Assembly (NCBI GenBank): GCA_977017645.1 | Contig: OZ360229.1 | Location: 87,854,001-87,918,000 of the forward strand | Length of the DNA: 64,000 nt | Source of the DNA: Torpedo marmorata | Taxonomy: Eukaryota | Reading direction: 5' to 3' | Shown here: positions 1 through 13,884 of the stretch, piece after piece | Layout of the letters: the number at the start of each line of letters is the position of its first letter | Numbering within the stretch: position 1 is the stretch's first letter | Program-made: the position numbers and the translations under genes | The notes under the pieces: generated by a model | What the model saw: only the letters and a program-made list of their open reading frames with translations | The model's database searches: none | Told to the model about the DNA's origin: nothing

Positions 1-44
1 GATTTAAAATTTTAAATAAATTTTTTTTTTTTTTTTTTTAAAAA
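1..44 (+). mobile_element. Extreme 3' end of another copy of the L1 family seen at 22975-28810
   Basis: gatttaaaattttaaataaa (1-20) is the reverse complement of the L1 3' terminus at about 22989-23008, followed by a T/A tract. Confidence 0.45.
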
Positions 45-426
45 CAGCCAATATTGTTCCAACCATCTCATTTTGTCCCTCCCAATATTAAGCATTTGGA
101 GACATCCTCTTGGAAGTGAAGACCACTGAAGAAACAAAATTAACCATCAATAATTTATTTATTGCTGGTAATTTAGAAGCAACAGCCATGGAAAGTGATC
201 TGCTTCTGGAAATTATCTCCTCAGTCCTATATTTCTCTGGACCTTGCAGGTTGAATGGGTTCATGGCAGAATGGCGTAAAGAAGCAGAATGGGTTGAGTC
301 TGCTCCACACTAGTCTGTTGCCCTGACACCAATCCCTGGCTGCATTTCATAATGCCATGCTTAACAAGTTCCTATCTATCTTTGAAATAAAATTTGTAAC
401 TGTATCCATCTACAGGAAGGACTGGC

Positions 427-1222
427 TTCAGATTGAAGTATACAATAACCATTTCAAAATAGTATGTACATGACATTACAGAATTACCACATTGGTCGTG
501 TAAAAAAAAAACTGTACTCAAGAAGATACATATACATGTAAACAAAGAAATGTAAACAAACTGACTGCAATACTGTACAGAGAGAAAAAAAAATCAATAA
601 AGTGCAAAAGTAAGAGTCCTTAAATCATTCCGATTGAGCTTATTGTTGAGCAGTCTGATGGTGGAGGGGTAGCAGCTGTTCCTGAACGTGGTGGTGCAAG
701 TGTGGTGGCACCTAATCCTCTTTCCTGATGGTAGCAGTGAGAACAGAGCGTGTGCTGGGTGGTGTGGATCCTTGATGATTGCTGCTGCTCTCTGACGGCA
801 GCGTTCCCTATAGATGTTCTAGATGGTGGGAAGGGTTTTGCCTGTTAAGTCCTTGGCTGCATCCACTACCTTTTGCAGGGCTTTCCGCTCAGGGGTACTT
901 GTGTCTAGGCCATGATGCAGCTGGTCACCACACTTTCCACCACACATCTGTAGAAATTTGCCAGGGTTTCTGGTGTCATACCAAACCTCTGCAAACTCCT
1001 AAGGAAGTAGAGGTGCTGATGTGCTTTCTTCACGATGCCATTGGTATGTTGGGTCCAAGAAAGATCCTCCGAGATAGTGACTCCCAAGAACTTAAAATTT
1101 TCTCACCCTCTGATCCCCCAATGATCACTGGATCGTATACCTCTGGTCTTCCCTTCCTGAAGTCAACAATCAGCTCCTTGGTTTTGGTGATATCAAGTGC
1201 AAGGTTTTTGTTGGTGCACTCC
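427..1222 (-). mobile_element. Rex1/Babar-type LINE 3' fragment (subfamily B)
   Basis: ORF 905-1087(-) GVTISEDLSWTQHTNGIVKKAHQHLYFLRSLQRFGMTPETLANFYRCVVESV; 3' UTR similar to copies at 36812 and 42941. Confidence 0.85.
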
Positions 1223-2058
1223 TTTCTTAAATAAGTTGATTCAAATGCATTTATTTGTTTTATTTGAGTAAATAATTAGATTTCATTTTTTTAAAAAAAA
1301 ATTTTTTTTAAAAACATTTTTATTAAAAAATAATGGCCAGGTCATCAGATTTGTACCCTTATTTGGTTTGCAAATAGATGCTGCCTCCAGTTACATTCTG
1401 CCCAGGAATACTCCTCTCCCACAAATAGGGAGAATTTACAAATTTTATTTTTTATTTATTTATTTTTTAAAGTTTTTTTATTGATTGTTGAATTAAAAGC
1501 AGGGCCTGCACAATTCTTGTGAACAGCCCCATGTGGTGATCACAACCACTTGGAATCACAGGAAGGGATTTCACTCTGTGCTTTCTTTAACACGCCATGC
1601 AAGAGAGGGAACAGGCTGGGTGAGGGAACAATGCCATCGGTGCCAGACCAAATCCCATCACAGCCTCATCCCATGATCATCTGCACAGAAAGAGTCCTGC
1701 GTTGCACGTGGCCACTGAGCTAATGGCAGGCCCAGGCTCGTCACTCTACCGAGATCAGAAGTAATGCTGAGGCACTTAGCAATGTTGCGTGAACTACATA
1801 CAACTTCTGGAGCTCGTGCTGGTAAATGCAAATGGCTATAAAGTTGACGTTTCATGCACTTCTACTGGCCGACTTGCTGCCAGACTTTCTGCTCCCCTCA
1901 CTTTGGGGTCAAACCAATGGCAGCAGATTGCACATTATTGCTCCATTTGTGGTCAGCAAGGCAGGACTGGAAAAGGGCCAGCCATTCCTGAAAACACCTC
2001 TTCCAACGGGCAGGGTTACGACAGGAAATTATCACTATCGCATCGGCCATGCACAAAA

Positions 2059-2080
2059 TGACTCATGTACAATATGTACA
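2059..2080. promoter_or_regulatory. AP-1 site abutting an IR3 steroid-receptor element
   Basis: TGACTCA (2059-2065) directly followed by TGTACAataTGTACA (2066-2080). Confidence 0.45.
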
Positions 2081-2604
2081 TTAAAAACTTCAGAGAGTGG
2101 TTGGGAATAGACTTTTTTTAATCATTCACTTTTCATCATCTGACCATTGCTGCAAAGACCAGAATTTATGGCCACCTCAAGAAGGTGGTGATGAGCCAAC
2201 TCTTGAACCACTGCAGTCTGGTGAAATCGTGTTACCGGTTAGATAGTTTCGGGATTTAGTCTTCATGATAATGAGGAAATAGCATTATATTTCCAAGTGA
2301 GGACAGTGTGGGGAATGGAGGGGAACATACACATGGTAAAGTTCCATGTCCCTGCTGCCTTGAGGAATTCAACTGACATGCATATACACTATTTTTTTCA
2401 TTTTAACACCTTTTCTATCTTGTCTTCCAAGGAGTCCCTTACCCTTCCCTCTGATAGGAATGTACCTATACGTTTCCTCCTTAAAGATCACCCATTGTTC
2501 CAATGTAGTTCCTCTGATCAATCAATTCATGTACTCCAGCTGGAGGTCTTCCCATCCTATTGACACTAGCTTTCTTCTAGGATACCCACAGCTCTAGCAA
2601 CACT

Positions 2605-4056
2605 GGTAAAATCTGCACCAACCAACGAGCCGGAGTGTTCACGGACATTTTCAACCTCTCATTGCGGCAGACAGAGGTTCCCACCTGCTTCAAAAGGGCA
2701 TCAATCATCCCGGTACCCAAGAAGAGTAGTGTGAGCTGCCTCAACGACTACCACCAAGTAGCACTATCTTCCACTGTGATGAAATGCTTTGAGAGGCTGG
2801 TCATGGCCAGAATTAACACGTCCCTAAGCAAAGATCTGGACCCACTGCAATTCACCTATCGTCACAATCGCTCCACAGCTTTCCACTCAGCTCTGGGTCA
2901 CCTCGAAAAAAGCAATTCATACATACGGCTGCTCTTCATCAACTACAGCTCGGCCTTCAATACCATTATTCCCTCAGTGCTGGTCAAGAAGCTACAAACT
3001 CCAGGCCTCTGTACCCCACTCTGCAACTGGATCCTTGACTTTCTCATCGGAAGACCACAGTCAGTACGAATTGGAAACAACATCTCGTCCTCACTGATTA
3101 TCAACACAGGCGCACCCCAAGGATGCATGCTTAGCCCACTGCTCTACTCGTTATACACCCATGACTGTGTGGCCAGGTATAATTCCAATGCCATCTACAA
3201 GTTTGCCGATGAAACCACAGTTGTCGGCAGAATCACAAACGGCAATGAGGAAGTGTACAGGAGGGAGATAGATCAGCTCGTTGAATGGTGTAACGACAAC
3301 AACCTTGCACTCAATGTCAGCAAAACCAAGGAGATGATTGTGGACTTCAGGAGGAAGTCAAGGGAACATGACCCAGTCCTCATCGAGGGTTCAGTAATGG
3401 AGAGGGTCAAGAACTTCAAATTCCTGGGTGTCAACATCTCCGAGGATCTGTCCTGGAGCCTCCACGTTAATGCAATCACAAAGAAGGCTCGCCAGCGGCT
3501 ATACTTTGTGAGGTGTCTGAAGAGATTCGGTATGTCTCCGAAGGCTCTCGTAAACTTCTACAGGTGTACCGTGGAGAGCATTCTGGCTGGTTGCATCACT
3601 GCCTGGTATGGAGGCGCCAACTCTCAGGACAAGAGTAAACTCCAGAGGGTTGTTAACTCGGCCTGTGACATCACAGGCACCAGACTTCACTCCATCGAGG
3701 ACATCTACACAAGGCGGTGTCTTAAAAAAGCAGCCTCTATCCTCAAAGACCCCCACCACCCAGGCCATGCCCTCTTCACTCTGCTACCATCGGGAAAAAG
3801 GTACAGGAGCCTGAAGTCGAGCACTCAACGGCACAAGGACAGCTTCTTCCCCGCTGCCATCAGATTCCTGAATAATCAATGAACCAAAGACACTGCCTTA
3901 CTTTTCGTGCACTATTATTTATATTTTTTATAGTAATGTCGAAAGATGGTTATAATATGAATGTTAATTGCACTATGATGCTGCCGCAAAACACCGAATT
4001 TCATGACTTGTTTATGACAATAAATTCTGATTCTGAAATTCTGATTCTGATTCTGA
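2605..4056 (+). mobile_element. Young 5'-truncated Rex1/Babar-type LINE (subfamily A), RT plus C-terminal domain
   Basis: 415-aa ORF 2635-3882 with IPVPKK, LDPLQF, TGAPQG, YKFADET (catalytic D>E), KFLGV and KKARQRLYF motifs; (TTCTGA)n tail at about 4025-4056. Confidence 0.93.
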
Positions 4057-6019
4057 ACAACCTTTCTGCAAGAACCCTATCGAGATAAGACAGGAACTGA
4101 AATTATTCTCCTTCAAAGATACCAGTTCCGTGCTGGAAATCAGTGCTGAGCCTTACAAGACGAGTGTTGCTGGCTGGTTCAGAGCTCATGACAGGCAGCT
4201 ACACACCAAGAGCATCTGGTCAAAACCCTGATTATCCCATTGTGGTGTATGAAATACAAATGGTGGTCTTCAAAGTGGTCAACCCCCCCCAAAGATTGTG
4301 TCATGAAATGACCTGCACGCAGTGCTGCATTTGGTGGAAGGTTTAGAACCTTTCATAAACTTTCAGCTCCTCGTGCTTCTCAATTGTAGAAGTTTGCAGT
4401 TTCTGCAATGCACTTCTTTAGAATCATTGAGCCGACAGACTTTACACTCTTCTCATGAGAGCTAATGCAATCATGCATGCGATTCTGTTTCCTTTAACTC
4501 CAGTTGCATGTTCAAGGGAGGTTCACTTGCACATCTGTACTTTCCTGACTGAATATTGCCTTTCAAAGTTAACTTTGGTGATGCAATAGTCTTTCATTAG
4601 AAACATTAAGAGTATATGTACTTCAAAATAATGTAAACAACAGCATCAGGATACAACACCAGTTTAACCACTAGTATTTTTACCATACATTGTTAAACCG
4701 ATCAACAACTGAACACTGACAAAACTAGCTCAAAATCTCTGACCACAGCATTAACGACTCACTATTGCAAAAGACCACAGATTTTTTTTTAAAAACGAAT
4801 GGCCTTCTATTCCACAAGCCTCACTGTAAAGACTGAAGCATTGTTGCAGAACTGGGCTGGACGGAGTTGCATCTTTAAAAAGTAATTAAATAATAAAAAC
4901 ATGAGAGGTACAAAGATAACAAACATGGGCTGCACATCTGTACACAGTGAAATGTCAGATCAGCCGAAAGACACACACAATAAAATGCAATCAGACTGCA
5001 AGCCTGAACGGTGAGCATATTTGATGGGCTGACACGCAAAATGTTTATTAAAGGGCTTTTCCGTGTGTTGGGACAAATTACTAATCAGTAGAATCATCGT
5101 TGGCCTTGAAAGAATAATATACGACATATTTGGAGAGTCCAAAGAGAGATCATTGTACCGACCCTCAAACTGCACGCTTCGTTATCAACCATTCAAACAA
5201 ATTGTTAAAACATCACAGATCCCCCCCACCTCAATGTTTTGAGTATAATTGCCCATTGTTAATGCCATGAATCATTTTTCCAAGGTCAGCTCAACAAGCA
5301 GCACTCCACAAATTCTGAAGGAGACCTGCAGGCTCAACTTTGACTTCTGAACATTACATCATGTGGAACTCAAAGCTCCAAAAACTAGGATGGAGCACTA
5401 TTGGCTTAGCTGGTACTTGGAGGATGTTGGTAAACAGCAACCAATCACAAACACATCAACACATTAGAAGGTCAACTTTGTAACAAATGCACACTATTTC
5501 CTATCAACCTCATGACACCACCAAGTATTTGCATACACATTCGTTTTCAAAATATACAAAAAGCTTTCTCGTCTTGCATTATGCACAAAATTAGCTTTTC
5601 CCACAGAGAAAACATTTCAAAGAGCCCCAAATGAATAGAAAATTGAGAGGTGGGTGAAGCTTCACGTGTTATGCATTAAATATTCATAAATGTATGTATT
5701 TATCTTTTTTTTTTTTAAATATACATGAAATACAAAGTTAAGTCATTCCCCAGGATCCCCACAAACAGCACTCAAACAGAATTTACTACTCAGTTTCAAC
5801 TGTGGCTGAGAGGGTACATTCTTACTCCAAACTTTTTGGATTCAAGACCATACTACAGACTTATCCACATATTCTAGGCTAGTGATCCTTCATCTGTGGC
5901 CTTGTCAACACGCTGTTGTGGCCCAGATTTATTTTAATAGTTGCTATACTATTAGATTGCTTATTTAAAATGTACTAGGCTGACATTTGACAGTATGGAG
6001 AAAATCTGGTGTTATGTAA

Positions 6020-6135
6020 TAAGGGCTCAGGCCGAAAACGTTGGTTATATATTTTTACCTCCTCTGAAGATTGTGTGAACTGCCAAGTTCCTCAAGCATT
6101 TACAATCACAGCATCTGCAGACCTTGTTTCACTTT
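6020..6135 (+). mobile_element. Penelope pseudo-LTR remnant with partial hammerhead
   Basis: aagggctcaggccgaaaacgttggttat...gttcctcaagcatttacaatcacagcatctgcagac, homologous to 61720-61839. Confidence 0.65.
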
Positions 6136-6799
6136 GTGCAATATTAATTTGTATTACATAACGGTCATATAGCAGACAAACATGGACTTTAAAGAGTTGT
6201 TGAGAGTGGGTCACATAAAACATTAAGAGCTGCAAGAGTGGCTTACTAAAGCGAACAGAACCATGAGTTCATGTTGACAATCCAAAGTAGTACTGCAAGA
6301 GTGCTGCACCAGAGGAAGTGCTGAATTTTGGGTGTGATGGTCTGGTTTCCCACTTCAGGTAGACCCCAAAAGATTCAACTGTGCAATTGTAACATTGCCC
6401 TGAATCAGAAAAATCTTTGGTTTGAATTCTTGTAAATGCCATGCCAAGAGCAGCCAAGATCCAGGTGAAACTTGAAAAAGCTTTTCTTTGTATCCAAATA
6501 TGCATTTGATTAGGTTCGTTGGTGATGAGAACTAGCAGTGGGTAAAACAGCCTAAGTGGTCAGTGTTGATGGCTCACAAGAGCTCCTGCACAACCTGGCC
6601 CACCAAACATGAAATAATAAACCCACTGGTTCCTTTACCCCCTCACTTGTGATCCAATTTTCCTTTAAAATGCTCCTGCTATCGAAGATTTGAAGAAATT
6701 TGTTTCACATTCTAATTATTCCTTGGATAAAGAAGATTCCAGAGAATAAAAGATCAGCAATTGCCTCAATACTGATTCGTGAAAAAGAGACACTTGAAT

Positions 6800-7045
6800 T
6801 TTAGATTTTTTTAAATTTCAAGTTGCAGCACGGCAAGTCCCACAAGTCGGTGTCGCCCAAATACATGAATTGACCTACAAACCCCGTACATTTTTTTTTG
6901 GAGGGTGGGAGGAAACCGTAGCACCCATAGGAAACTCACATCGATATGGGGAGAACGTACAAACTCCTTACAGACAACGCTGGATTCGAGCCCGGGTCGC
7001 TGGCTCTGTAATAGTGTTGCACTAACCGCTATGCTAACCGCAACC
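6800..7045 (-). mobile_element. tRNA-derived V-domain SINE
   Basis: Minus strand has A/B-box-like head (tagcggttag...ggctcgaatcc), core gagtttgtacgttctcccc...ggtttcctcccacc and an AAATTT-type tail. Confidence 0.85.
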
Positions 7046-7352
7046 TGAAGTTGAGGAAGCATTGATGGTTTCCATATACCACATTCCCTTAGCATGTCCA
7101 AGGGAACAAATTACTGGAGCTGGGCTGAATGCAGGGAAAGAAACAAACAAAAACCACAATAAATGGAAAAAGGATGAAACATTTCTTTAAAAAGCCTATT
7201 GTTTACCAAACTGGAATCTTGGCACTATAGCAAGAAAAAGCTGGTTAATTCGGGATGTTTATAAAAGATTCCTCGAGTTTTAAAATTGCTTGGAAAAAAA
7301 GAAAACAACATTCTGCCTGAATGATCTTGTGCAATGTTTGCCTTTATGAGGA

Positions 7353-7367
7353 AGTACATTCTGTACT
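7353..7367. promoter_or_regulatory. Perfect palindromic GRE/ARE-type IR3 element
   Basis: AGTACAttcTGTACT; a degenerate AGGACTgcaTGTTCC lies nearby at 7502-7516. Confidence 0.55.
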
Positions 7368-8369
7368 ATGACATTGTACCAAGAAAAGCAAGGCATTAGT
7401 ACAGTGAGTGCAGACACTGGGCACCACACACTGTGCTCCACTATTTACAGTATCTCTTATCAGACTCAAAACCTCGCTCTATGTGCCAAATTCAAAAGGC
7501 CAGGACTGCATGTTCCCTCTCCAGAGAGTCAGCAGTGAATATCAGGCAAAATAAAAACACGATACTGAATGCCAACATTCTCGGAAAAGTGCAGAGGTTG
7601 ACTGCGCTGTTTTCCTAAGGTGACCATTAGTTGGTGGCTTCATAGGTTAAACCACCAGATGTAAAACCCCAAGCTCAAATGCAACTGAAGAATATTTAAA
7701 ACGGAGATAGAAATTTCTGCTCAAGTATTCCCTACAGTTCAAAGGTTGTGGCCTGTTGCGGAGATCCATTTTCAAATGGAGCCTCCAAGATAACTTTCTT
7801 TGGTAAATAGACATACAAAAACAAACTGCTTCATAAATTTATTCTTTTCTGTGCAAAATATCTTATTTCCTCTCAGTCAGCAGCCAAGAGGAGGCATGTT
7901 TTCTGTTTGGGACCTTCCCTCACCTCCAGTTTCCAACTGTCATCACTTCTCTTGTCTCTCCCGATTTAGTGATATCTCTGTGCTCAAAGCCCCTTTAAAC
8001 TCTGACCCCCCCCCCCACACTCTTTCTGAGCACTAAATACACTTGTCATCATCTCCCCACATCCTTCCTGTTGAAATTCTTGCACTGACTTTCACTCAGA
8101 ATTAATTCTTTTCCAGGATCCCAGTCTTTCCGTCTTCCTGCAGCTCAGTGCCTTTTAAGACCCTGGCTTCAACTCACCAATTCATAACACATTCAACTTT
8201 AATTGACTTATCTTTTGAATGTTGGTTTAGGTTTAATTTACCTTGGCCATTTCCTAATATTCTTTAAAAATAAAAACAATTTCCTCTCTGCAATTTTGTT
8301 GCTTTTACTAGGTTCCTGCTCCCACAGTCATTAATTGTTCTCCAGTTGTCAACCTTGGTTATAGAGTGT

Positions 8370-8520
8370 CAGCCACAAACTAGCAGGATCCTTGCCTTTC
8401 GATCTGAAAGTTCTAGGTTGGACTTCCATGCCAGAGTGGTGCCAACATAATCTAGGCTGACACCCTACAGTGAGATAAAGGGAAAGCTGCACTGCCAGAT
8501 GATGTCTCCTGCTTGGCCTT
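8370..8520 (+). mobile_element. Ancient degenerate SINE (Deu-domain/SacSINE-like)
   Basis: Mutually similar decayed copies at about 5810-5880, 6265-6420, 12170-12310, 18085-18240, 30305-30530 and 36000-36160; family name recalled from memory. Confidence 0.45.
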
Positions 8521-8530
8521 GTCATTATTT

Positions 8531-8775
8531 GTCACAAGATATAGGAGCAGAAGTAGGTCCATTGGCCCATCGAGTCTGCTCCGCCATTCTATCATGAGCT
8601 GATCCATCCTCCCACTCAGCCCCACACCCCAGCCTTCTCCCCGTCACCCTTGATGCCCTGACTAATCGAATACCTGTCAATCTCTGCCATAAATACACCA
8701 ACGCTTCCACAGCCACCTGTGGCAACAAGTTCCACAAACTCACGACCCTCTGGCTAAATAAATTTTTCCGCATCT
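8531..8775 (-). mobile_element. CR1-type LINE 3' end
   Basis: ORF 8525-8785(-) EMRKNLFSQRVVSLWNLLPQVAVEA; near-identical 3' ends at 11638 and 51561. Confidence 0.85.
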
Positions 8776-9301
8776 CAACAAGCAATTCTCAGCAGAGATT
8801 ATTGGACAGTAATCTGCCTTATTTTTTTTCTTTCACAGCCAGGGATGGTATGGCCATTTCTAATAGCTGGGATCATGTACCTTGGCACAATCCACCAATG
8901 GCACCTGGGACCTTCTTGGATTCTATGGCTCAATATTCCACCAAGAGAACTACTTTAACAGGTGCCAACTCTTCCCATCTCCTCAAGTTACAAAAAGCTC
9001 CTGGCAGAATGAAATCCCAATTGATCCATCCTATAGTACAACTGATGCTGCAAATAAGAGGCACTGTCAAAAATTTAGATTCCAAAGCTGAGAATAAATT
9101 GTGAATGGTTCAGAGCCAATCTGAACTCACAAGGGTGTTAAAGACTAAAATTAAATGTGGGCATATTCTTTACCAACTCATCTCACCCAAGGTTAAAAGA
9201 AACATTTTCCTGAATAAAATGATTGTAAATATTTAGAAGTTCTTGTTTCAGGAATGGTTTAGTGGTAAGAATTATGATAATCTAAAGCATATGCTCTCGA
9301 T

Positions 9302-9523
9302 TAGCCACATTCAACTTTTTTTTGGCTATGGTGCCCTTAGGACTCTGCTCAAAGTTTATGGGCCCCCTTCCATGGGAAACAGTCAAATTTTGGTTTCTTC
9401 TGTCCTTCTCTCCTACCGACTACATAAAAAATTATATTACGCGAGGCGAAAAGAAAAGAAGGCTTTTATTTAAATGTGCAGTGGCTCCCATTGGAGCCGT
9501 AGGGCCCCTGTTGAGAATGGCTG
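9302..9523. mobile_element. hAT (Charlie-like) MITE
   Basis: Right TIR ttgagaatggctg; 8-bp TSD ctctcgat/ctctagat; same family as 39370-39600. Confidence 0.8.
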
Positions 9524-10244
9524 CTCTAGATGTTACAGTGTGATGGTACAGCCTTCTCAAAATCCTTTTCTCAATCCTATCCCTGGTCCATACTGGAGTG
9601 AAAGGAGTATTTAAATAATTCTTTACAAAGAACCAAATTTCTTTTGCAAACTTAACCCTGGGTTAAAGAGGAATATTTTTAACCAGAAGATATATGGAAT
9701 AAGCTATCTGGAAAGTCAGCCAGAGACCAACTTAAATGGATGAAAAGACAGAGGGCATTTTAGAAGAAACAATATTTTATCATATTTCATAATGACATAG
9801 AAGCCATCCAGTCCAGCAAATCTTCAAAGTAATCCCATCAGTCGGACCCATTCTTTCATGTCTATGAGTTCCTCTGCTCCCTCACCACCATCCTAACTTT
9901 CTTACCACCTGCTTAAAAATAGTTAATTAAACCAAATCCACATCTTTGGGATGTGGGCAAAAACTGGAGCAAACCCATGCAGTCACAGGGGGAACATACA
10001 GGATCCACGTTGATAGTTCCAGTGGGTAGGATTGACCTTACCTTGCTGAAAATATGAGGCATCATCACTACCAGCTGTATTACTGCATTGCCCATTTTGA
10101 GACCATGTCCCAGATCCTCAAAAACATTCTTGGCCTCAGTCAATTATAATTTTTTTTAAAAGGGAACGTTCCTGCCAATTGTCGGAGGAAGGAACCAGAG
10201 TGGACCTTTCTTTAAACTTCCTGAAAAATGAGGAAATGACAGAG

Positions 10245-10975
10245 CTCTGGAGTATTGTTGAAGAGGGAGACCTGGGAGTACAAGTGCATTGTCCCCTGAA
10301 AATGGAGACTCAGGTGGACAGGGTGGTGAAGGTGGCGTATGGGAAATTATACTGCCACACAAGTCACTGGTGAGCCCACACTTGGAGTATTGTGTGCACT
10401 TCTGGTTGCCCAGCTGTAGGAAAGATGTTATGAAGAGGTTTTGACAGATAGATGGATAAGAATAGACTTGAGGATATGGACCAAATGTAAGTAAGTGGGA
10501 CAAAATTCGAACTAGGTCAGCATGGATGAGTTAGGCTAAAGGGCCCGTTCCGTGCTGTACATCTCCATGTTGGAAAGAATGCAGAGATTTACCAGGATGT
10601 TGCCAGGACTGGAAGGCTCAAGTTCCAGGGAGAGGCTGGATCTTCATTCCCTGGAGTGTAGGAGGCTGGGTGACCTTATAGAAATAAATAAAATCATGAG
10701 GGGCAGAGAAGAAGTGAACATCCAGTCTTTTTCCCCCAGGGTAGACGAGTCTAGATCCAAATGGCAGAGGCTTATGGTGAGAGGAGAGAGATTTAAGAGG
10801 GTCACGCTCAATCCGACAGTAGTCAGTATCTGGAACAAGCTGCCAGAGAACGCTATAGAAGTGGGTACAATTACAATATTCACTTGGACAGGTACATGGA
10901 TAGGAAGGGTTTGAAATGATTTGGGCCAAATGGGACAACAATCTCAGAATGCCAACTTGGCTCTGTGCTCCGTGA
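10245..10975 (+). mobile_element. CR1-type LINE 3' fragments (rearranged)
   Basis: DLGVQVH, ctggtgagcccacacttggagtattgtg, and MQRFTRMLPGLEG...WNKLP motifs. Confidence 0.8.
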
Positions 10976-11637
10976 TTTGAAAATAAAATAAAATTCCTTT
11001 GCAAATACAATGACCAAATAATCTGTAGTTTTGTGATTTTACGTGAGGAATAAAGCATGCCCTCATGATACAAGAGAGAGCACCCAGAGAAGAAGCCAAC
11101 ACACAGCACAAGTAACCGGAGACACCATAGAGCTAGATTTCAGCAACTGCGGTCCTCTTCACCACGTGCTTGTGGTGCACAGTTTGGGATGGTTGAGACA
11201 GTTTCTGCAGATGCAGGAACCTGAAGTTGAATACAATCTACCTGACAAACTCAGCAGGTCAAGCAGCATTATTTGTCATCTCCCACTGATGCTGCTCGAC
11301 CCATCAAGTTCCTTCAGCAGATCACATTCAGCTGATCTGGTTCAATGTCATTTTAACTCACTTAGACACAGCACATCAAGGAAATATCATTGTTTACGGC
11401 AGCAGCTGGATCTTAACTGAACAAATGCATTGCATAATTTTACAACTTGACTGATTCTCTTGTAGTAATAACTCATTCATCGTAAGATAGCAGTGGTATT
11501 GAATAGTTAGATGCCACAGAAACAATGATAAGCTAGAGAAAGGAAAGAAATAATTGTACCCAATGCCTACAATATAAATTTCTTCCAAACTCAGCAGAAT
11601 ATAGCTTGTAATGTGCTTGTAACGAGCGCTCATTTGT

Positions 11638-11805
11638 CCATAAGATATAGAAGTAGGCCATTCAGCCCATCGAGTCTGCTCAGCCATTCCGTCATGAGTT
11701 GATCCATTCTGCCACTCAGCCCCACTCCTCTACCTTCTTCCCATAACCCTTGATACCCTGACTATTCAGATACCCATCAATCTCTGCCTTAAATACACCC
11801 AACCA
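11638..11805 (-). mobile_element. CR1-type LINE 3' end
   Basis: Highly similar to 8531-8700. Confidence 0.8.
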
Positions 11806-13884
11806 CTTGTCCCTTGTATCCTGCTTCCCAATCGTAGCATTACCAATTATTAAAAGAAACAAAAACCAATAGAAATTGCCAGGAATACGCCACAGGACAG
11901 GTAGCATCTGTGGAGAAAGAGACTGAGTCAAGGTTTCAGGTCAACAATGCAACACAATGGTCCTCATGCCCTGAGTACTTATCAAGGATTATTTGTCTGT
12001 TACTCCGCATTTTCTGGTTTTGTTTCCGATTTCTGGCAACAGCCTGTTTTGATTACTTTTGAAAGATTAAATCCTGCATTTCTCTTGTAACATTCACCAC
12101 CTCAAGATGTGACTAAGGAGCACCTGTTGCTCCTCTTCACTGTGGGAGCTCGGTCCACCCACTGGTAGGAATTTGGTTCATCAACTCACACAGATAAAAA
12201 TTACCTTTAAAAATATAGCACTCCCTCATTGGAAGGTCTAAATAGATCACGTTCCCAAGTGGGACTTCAATCCAGGAAACACCGACTCTTTAGAGTGCGA
12301 CTCACTGGACTTTGCTCGACTCCTCAAAATCATACATTCTTCGGACACTTCCAGCAATAGAAAATGTTTGTAAATGAAAACAGACCAAGTTTATTATGGT
12401 TGAGTCACAAATTCTTGGTTCCACCTTTCTCCAGTGAGTGCTAACCACCAGTGGATTGGAAAAGATTCCAAGATGTTGTTATTTTGAAGAGTATGGCAGT
12501 TCTGGGAAGAGAGTTACCAACAATTAATTAGTAACAACTTCTGAATTTCAAGAAGCCTCAGCCTAAAATTATTCGATACATGGCAGTGCCCTGATAGATA
12601 CTATATAAATGCAATTTGCACATATTAGAAATGTTAAATATCGGTTCCATAACTAATACATGATTGGGGGGGGTGGGGGAAAAAAAAAACAGAAAAAAAA
12701 AAAAAAAATACACAGCTGCATTAGTGAGCAATGGTTCATCAGGCAGAACCAGCCCCCTACCCACCCACCCACCTCCCCCCCCCCCAACCCCTCAGATTCA
12801 ATCGTGATCTCTGGTATTGTGGGGTCCGTTCATTCTGTGCCCGCATGCGTTTGCCTGAGGCACTGCAGCTTTCTCTAGCTTCTCAAAGACGTGTGGGCCA
12901 GTAGGTTAATTGATCACTGTGAGCAGCAGTGTGGAGTTGGCAGTGATATGAGATAGGATAGATTAGAGAGAAATACAGTAAGTGGGAGGTTTGGGATTAT
13001 CCTGAGAACTAGCATGCATTTAAAGGGCTGATTATCAACCTTTCTGCCATGGGAAACTATAAATATTCAAAAATATAACAGTGAAAGAAAGCATCACAAA
13101 GCACATCGCCACCATCTACAAATGCAGCACTATTTACAGGGTGATAACCACCATCTGATTTCAATGCCAAAGCAACTGTGCAAACAGCTGGAAATGATGT
13201 AACTCATAAGGTAATTTCAGTTGATCTCATTTCTGTGACCGGTCCAGCTCAAAAATCATTTTGGTAAACATTTCTCAAAACAAGAGGACAGAGTATGCCT
13301 CATTAACTTCAGAGCAAACAGATTTTGCAACGTTCTGAAAAACAGCGCAAGCAGCAACTCTTATTGTCCTTGATTATAGCCCAATAAACACCATCAATTT
13401 AACTGAAGGTGCATGCAGAACAAGAGATTTATTTTACATCTTTCCCTTAACGTCATAAAATATTTCACCATTTCTATCTATCAATCTCTCCCTGTTGCCA
13501 GCCACCCTTTTGTTCTCTCTGCTTTAAACCCCTTTTGCTACACTTTGTTTTATTTCTAACATTTCCACGTTCCTAAGAAAACTCTTCGGCTGAAGCAAAC
13601 ACTGTTTGCCTCTCCACAAATGTGGCCAGTTCTGCTTAGTATTTTCAGCATTTCCTGTTTTTATTTCACATTTCCAACATTGACAGTACTTCCTTTTTGG
13701 AATAAAACTGTACATTTTCCTCCTGGTTGAAAGGGGAAAGCCATTACAAAGGAAAACCACAAAAACTGAAAAGACCGGAAGTAGGATGTATAAATTACAG
13801 GTTAGTTTGAAACTGAGCTTCAGTTAAATATCTGGGAGGGCCAACTTTGGTAAGTTACACAACTGAGGTCTTGAGAAAGAATGA

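Noticed and set aside
240-313. ccttgcag acceptor-like site and short plus-strand ORF
   Set aside because: No recognisable protein, and opposite to the host gene strand
2635-3882. 415-aa RT ORF as an active or domesticated gene
   Set aside because: 5'-truncated, with catalytic FADD>FADE and a short in-frame deletion relative to the sister copy at 46875; simply a young insertion
4528-4545. TGCACAtcTGTACT and the similar site at about 4931 as GREs
   Set aside because: Spacer is 2 nt, not 3
6800-7045. tRNA genes in SINE heads
   Set aside because: A/B-box-like heads are fused to the SINE core and do not form full cloverleaves
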